From assembly GCA_965220745.1 (NCBI GenBank), contig CBDCQT010000010.1, forward strand, positions 672,001 through 736,000: a stretch of DNA of 64,000 nt, read 5' to 3'. This document shows positions 61,377 through 64,000 of this stretch, in pieces (the first letter of the stretch is position 1; each line of letters starts with the position of its first letter). Made by a program: the position numbers and the translations under genes. Below the pieces are notes generated by a model. The model did not search any database and had not been told where the DNA came from. It saw only the letters and a program-made list of their open reading frames with translations. This DNA comes from Alphaproteobacteria bacterium (GTDB lineage: Bacteria > Pseudomonadota > Alphaproteobacteria > UBA828).

Positions 61377-61393
61377 ACATTACATTATAACAT
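61377..61393. promoter_or_regulatory. Zur-box-like operator
   Basis: ACATTACATTATAACAT vs ATGTTATA-N-TATAACAT (13/16), in an AT-rich patch upstream of znuA. Confidence 0.65.
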
Positions 61394-61432
61394 CTATTGG
61401 ACCATGCCCGCCTGATCGACGGAGACACGACC

Positions 61433-62479
61433 ATGGATCGTCCGCGCATCGCACTTCGACGTTTACCCCTTACGCTTGCCGCAGTGGCACTCCTCGGCAG
61501 TGCGGCCGCTGCCCCCGCGACGGCCGATGACGAATTGCGGGTGGTCGCCTCGATCAAGCCGGTGCATTCGCTGGTGAGCGCCGTGATGGCGGGCGTGGGC
61601 GAGCCTCACCTGATCATCCGGGGCCACTCGTCGCCGCATACCTTCACCATGCGCCCCTCCGACGCGGCGGCGCTGGAGGAGGCCCATATCGTCTTCATGA
61701 TCGGCGACACGATGGAGACCGCGCTCGTTGAGCCGGTGAACGCGCTCGCCGACAACGCCCACGTGGTCAAGCTGATCGACGCAGCGGGGCTGGTGCGAAG
61801 GCCGATGCGCGAGGGCGGCGCCTTCGAGGACCACGACCACAGCAGCCACGGCCATGGGAGTATGGACGACGACGCGGGTCACGACGATCACGGCCATGGC
61901 CACGGGCATGACGACCACGATGACCATGCCGACGACATGGACGACCACGGCGCCTTCGACCTGCATGTCTGGCTCGATCCGATCAACGGCTGGACCTTGG
62001 CGCGCGCGATCGGCGGCGCCCTGGCCGACGTCGACCCGGCGAATGCAGCGACCTACGAGGCCAACGTCGACGCCCTGCTCCACCGCCTGGACCACCTGAC
62101 CGGGGAGATCGCCCAGGAAGTGGCTCCGGCTCGCGGCGTGCCGTTCATCGTCTTCCACGACGGCTACCGCTATTTCGAGGACCGCTTCGGGCTTACCGCT
62201 GCGGGCTCGGTCGTCGTCAGCCCCGAGCGCGCGCCCGGCGCGCGGCGCATCGCCGAACTTCAAGACAAGCTGCACTCGCTCGGCGTGGTCTGCGTGTTCG
62301 ACGAGCCCCAATTCGACCAGCGCATTGTCAGGACCGTCATCGAAGGCAGCGACGTGAAGACCGGCACCGTGGATCCCATCGGCGCCACGATCGAGGACGG
62401 GCCGGAGCTCTACTTCACGCTGCTCCGCAACATGGCTGCATCGTTCAGCAACTGCCTCTCACCGGAGGGCGGGGCCTAG
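61433..62479 (+). CDS. znuA: Zinc ABC transporter substrate-binding protein
   Basis: VVASIKPVHSL, SPH, His/Asp-rich loop, HVWLDP, FHD.Y.YFE, EPQF. Confidence 0.92.
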   Translation: MDRPRIALRRLPLTLAAVALLGSAAAAPATADDELRVVASIKPVHSLVSAVMAGVGEPHLIIRGHSSPHTFTMRPSDAAALEEAHIVFMIGDTMETALVEPVNALADNAHVVKLIDAAGLVRRPMREGGAFEDHDHSSHGHGSMDDDAGHDDHGHGHGHDDHDDHADDMDDHGAFDLHVWLDPINGWTLARAIGGALADVDPANAATYEANVDALLHRLDHLTGEIAQEVAPARGVPFIVFHDGYRYFEDRFGLTAAGSVVVSPERAPGARRIAELQDKLHSLGVVCVFDEPQFDQRIVRTVIEGSDVKTGTVDPIGATIEDGPELYFTLLRNMAASFSNCLSPEGGA

Positions 62480-62482
62480 GTC

Positions 62483-63400
62483 CTAACCGCCTACCGCTGC
62501 GGCCTCGGGCTCCTGCTCCTCGCCCTGCTGCAGCGCGAAAATCGAGGTGTAGCCGCCCGACCAATCCGGCGGCAGAAGGCAGGGCCTCGGGTCGAAGTGG
62601 ATCCAGCGCGGGCGCTCGCCCCGCACCAGCTCCCCGTTATGCGTCGAGGGATAATTGTAGGCCGTCACCGGCAGCGCGTCGGCGGACGAGAAGGCGTTGA
62701 GCAGCAGCGGGCGCGAGCGCGCCGGGTGGGCGTTGGGCTTGGAGCCGTGGATCATGCGGCAGTGGTGCACCGTCACCGAGCCCGCCGGGCCCTGCAGATA
62801 GACCGCCTTCTCCACCGGCACCCGCGGGAGGTCCTGCTCGCTGATGGCGCCGGCCCAGCAGTCGTTCCCGTCATAGAGGTCGAACAGCTCGCCCTCGTGC
62901 GCGCCGGGGATCACGCCCATGGGCCCCATGGTCTCGTCCACGTCCTCCAGATAGACGCCGATGGTGAGCACGCTGTAGTTGGTGTGGGGCCAGTACTGGA
63001 TGTCCTGGTGCCACTTCACTTCCTCGCCGCCGCCTGACCATTTGAAGTTGAGCTTGGAGTGGTGGAACATTACGTTGGGCCCGAGCAGGTCCTCGGCCAG
63101 GTCGGTGATGCAGGAACGGCTGGCGAAGCGCCAGTAATCGGGGTGCTGCGCCACCGGCTGGTTGAGGCGCCTGAGCCGGGGCGCTGTCGCGCAATGATCG
63201 GATTCCAGGTCGAACCTGTCGTCCGAGGCGGCCCGGCTCCGGCTCTCGTCGATGAAGTGCTCGCTCAAGTCCCGCAGCGTGGCGAGCCAGTCCTCCGGCA
63301 CGAAGCGTTCCAGCAGCAGGTAGCCGTCGCGGAAGTACGCCTCCCGCTGCGCATCGGTCAGCACCTTGGGGGAATGGGCGAGCACCTGCTCCGGGGTCAT
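62483..63400 (-). CDS. Phytanoyl-CoA dioxygenase (PhyH) family
   Basis: HHSKLNFK, WHQD, GP..VIPG.H, HGS.PN. Confidence 0.92.
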   Translation of the reverse strand: MTPEQVLAHSPKVLTDAQREAYFRDGYLLLERFVPEDWLATLRDLSEHFIDESRSRAASDDRFDLESDHCATAPRLRRLNQPVAQHPDYWRFASRSCITDLAEDLLGPNVMFHHSKLNFKWSGGGEEVKWHQDIQYWPHTNYSVLTIGVYLEDVDETMGPMGVIPGAHEGELFDLYDGNDCWAGAISEQDLPRVPVEKAVYLQGPAGSVTVHHCRMIHGSKPNAHPARSRPLLLNAFSSADALPVTAYNYPSTHNGELVRGERPRWIHFDPRPCLLPPDWSGGYTSIFALQQGEEQEPEAAAVGG

Positions 63401-63558
63401 GGCGGCGCCTCTCGTCCGAATGAGCCGTGCCGCCATGGTGTCACGAGCCGGTGTTCCCCGCCAGTCGCGGTTTGCCCGGTGCTGCCATCACGCGGGGGAA
63501 TGGAACGAACCAGTTAAACCGGGGCTTTCACTCATGCGGCGGCGACGCACTCGCATCC

Positions 63559-63999
63559 CTAGTCCTTCGTCTTCGGCAGGCTCGACAGTGCAAGGACCGC
63601 CTGCGTCACCTCGAATTGCCGCGATCCCCCGAGCTTGGCGAATATGTGCTTGAGGTGCGTGCGCACGGTGCTGTATCCGCGACCGGTTGCCGCAGCAATC
63701 TGGTGCAGGGTCCGGCCCTGGGCGAGCATCACCGCAATCTCGGTTTCCGTCGGCGTGAGCCCCAGAATCGCCTCGACGAGATCCGGCTCGATGCGCGCCC
63801 GGCTCACCGGGTCGACGATCAGCACGAGCGCGGCCACGCGCCGGGAGCGATGGCCCGCGTCCCGGCTCGACACCGGCTTCACGTGCAGCGCCAACCTCGG
63901 CAGCGGCGCTTGTCGCTTCAACAGCATCGAGCCGCTCACGCCCTGTTCAAGCCGGTGCGGCAACGCTCCGGCCAGCAGCGCCTGGAGCCTTTCGTCGTC
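63559..63999 (-). CDS. LuxR-type HTH transcriptional regulator (5'-partial)
   Basis: GLTPTE..IA.MLAQG, TVRTHLKHIFAKLG; frame open to the window end. Confidence 0.88.
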   Translation of the reverse strand, partial: DDERLQALLAGALPHRLEQGVSGSMLLKRQAPLPRLALHVKPVSSRDAGHRSRRVAALVLIVDPVSRARIEPDLVEAILGLTPTETEIAVMLAQGRTLHQIAAATGRGYSTVRTHLKHIFAKLGGSRQFEVTQAVLALSSLPKTKD

Positions 64000-64000
64000 G

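Overview
GC-rich bacterial chromosomal segment, most likely from an alphaproteobacterium (inferred from GroEL/HemB type, CIRCE-controlled groESL and alpha-type palindromic repeats; a eukaryote-like sterol reductase and two PhyH dioxygenases are compatible with a host-associated, e.g. sponge, lifestyle, but that is inference). About 55 CDSs, mostly catabolic enzymes, ABC transport, groESL, hemB, def, dtd, a Mo-hydroxylase (coxMSL-like) cluster and a Zn/Ni/Co uptake region. No rRNA, tRNA or CRISPR was recognised. The most unusual signal is intergenic. (1) A dispersed element occurs three times: one copy (37011-37864) carries an orphan Mu gp27/DUF3486-like gene followed by a 10-bp-phased GGCC repeat array, and two copies (23061-23513, 7397-7645) have lost part or nearly all of the gene while keeping both ends. 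Its leader shares a 35-bp motif with the terminal inverted repeats of a separate MITE (58170-58441). (2) A GIY-YIG nuclease is enclosed by perfect 31-bp CGTC-type REP inverted repeats. (3) A four-copy double-hairpin repeat shows compensatory base changes and twice starts on a TAG stop codon. (4) Several clean internal-deletion gene remnants are present (hpnA-like, znuB). All coordinates and alignments were made by eye and family calls come from motif recognition, not database searches.
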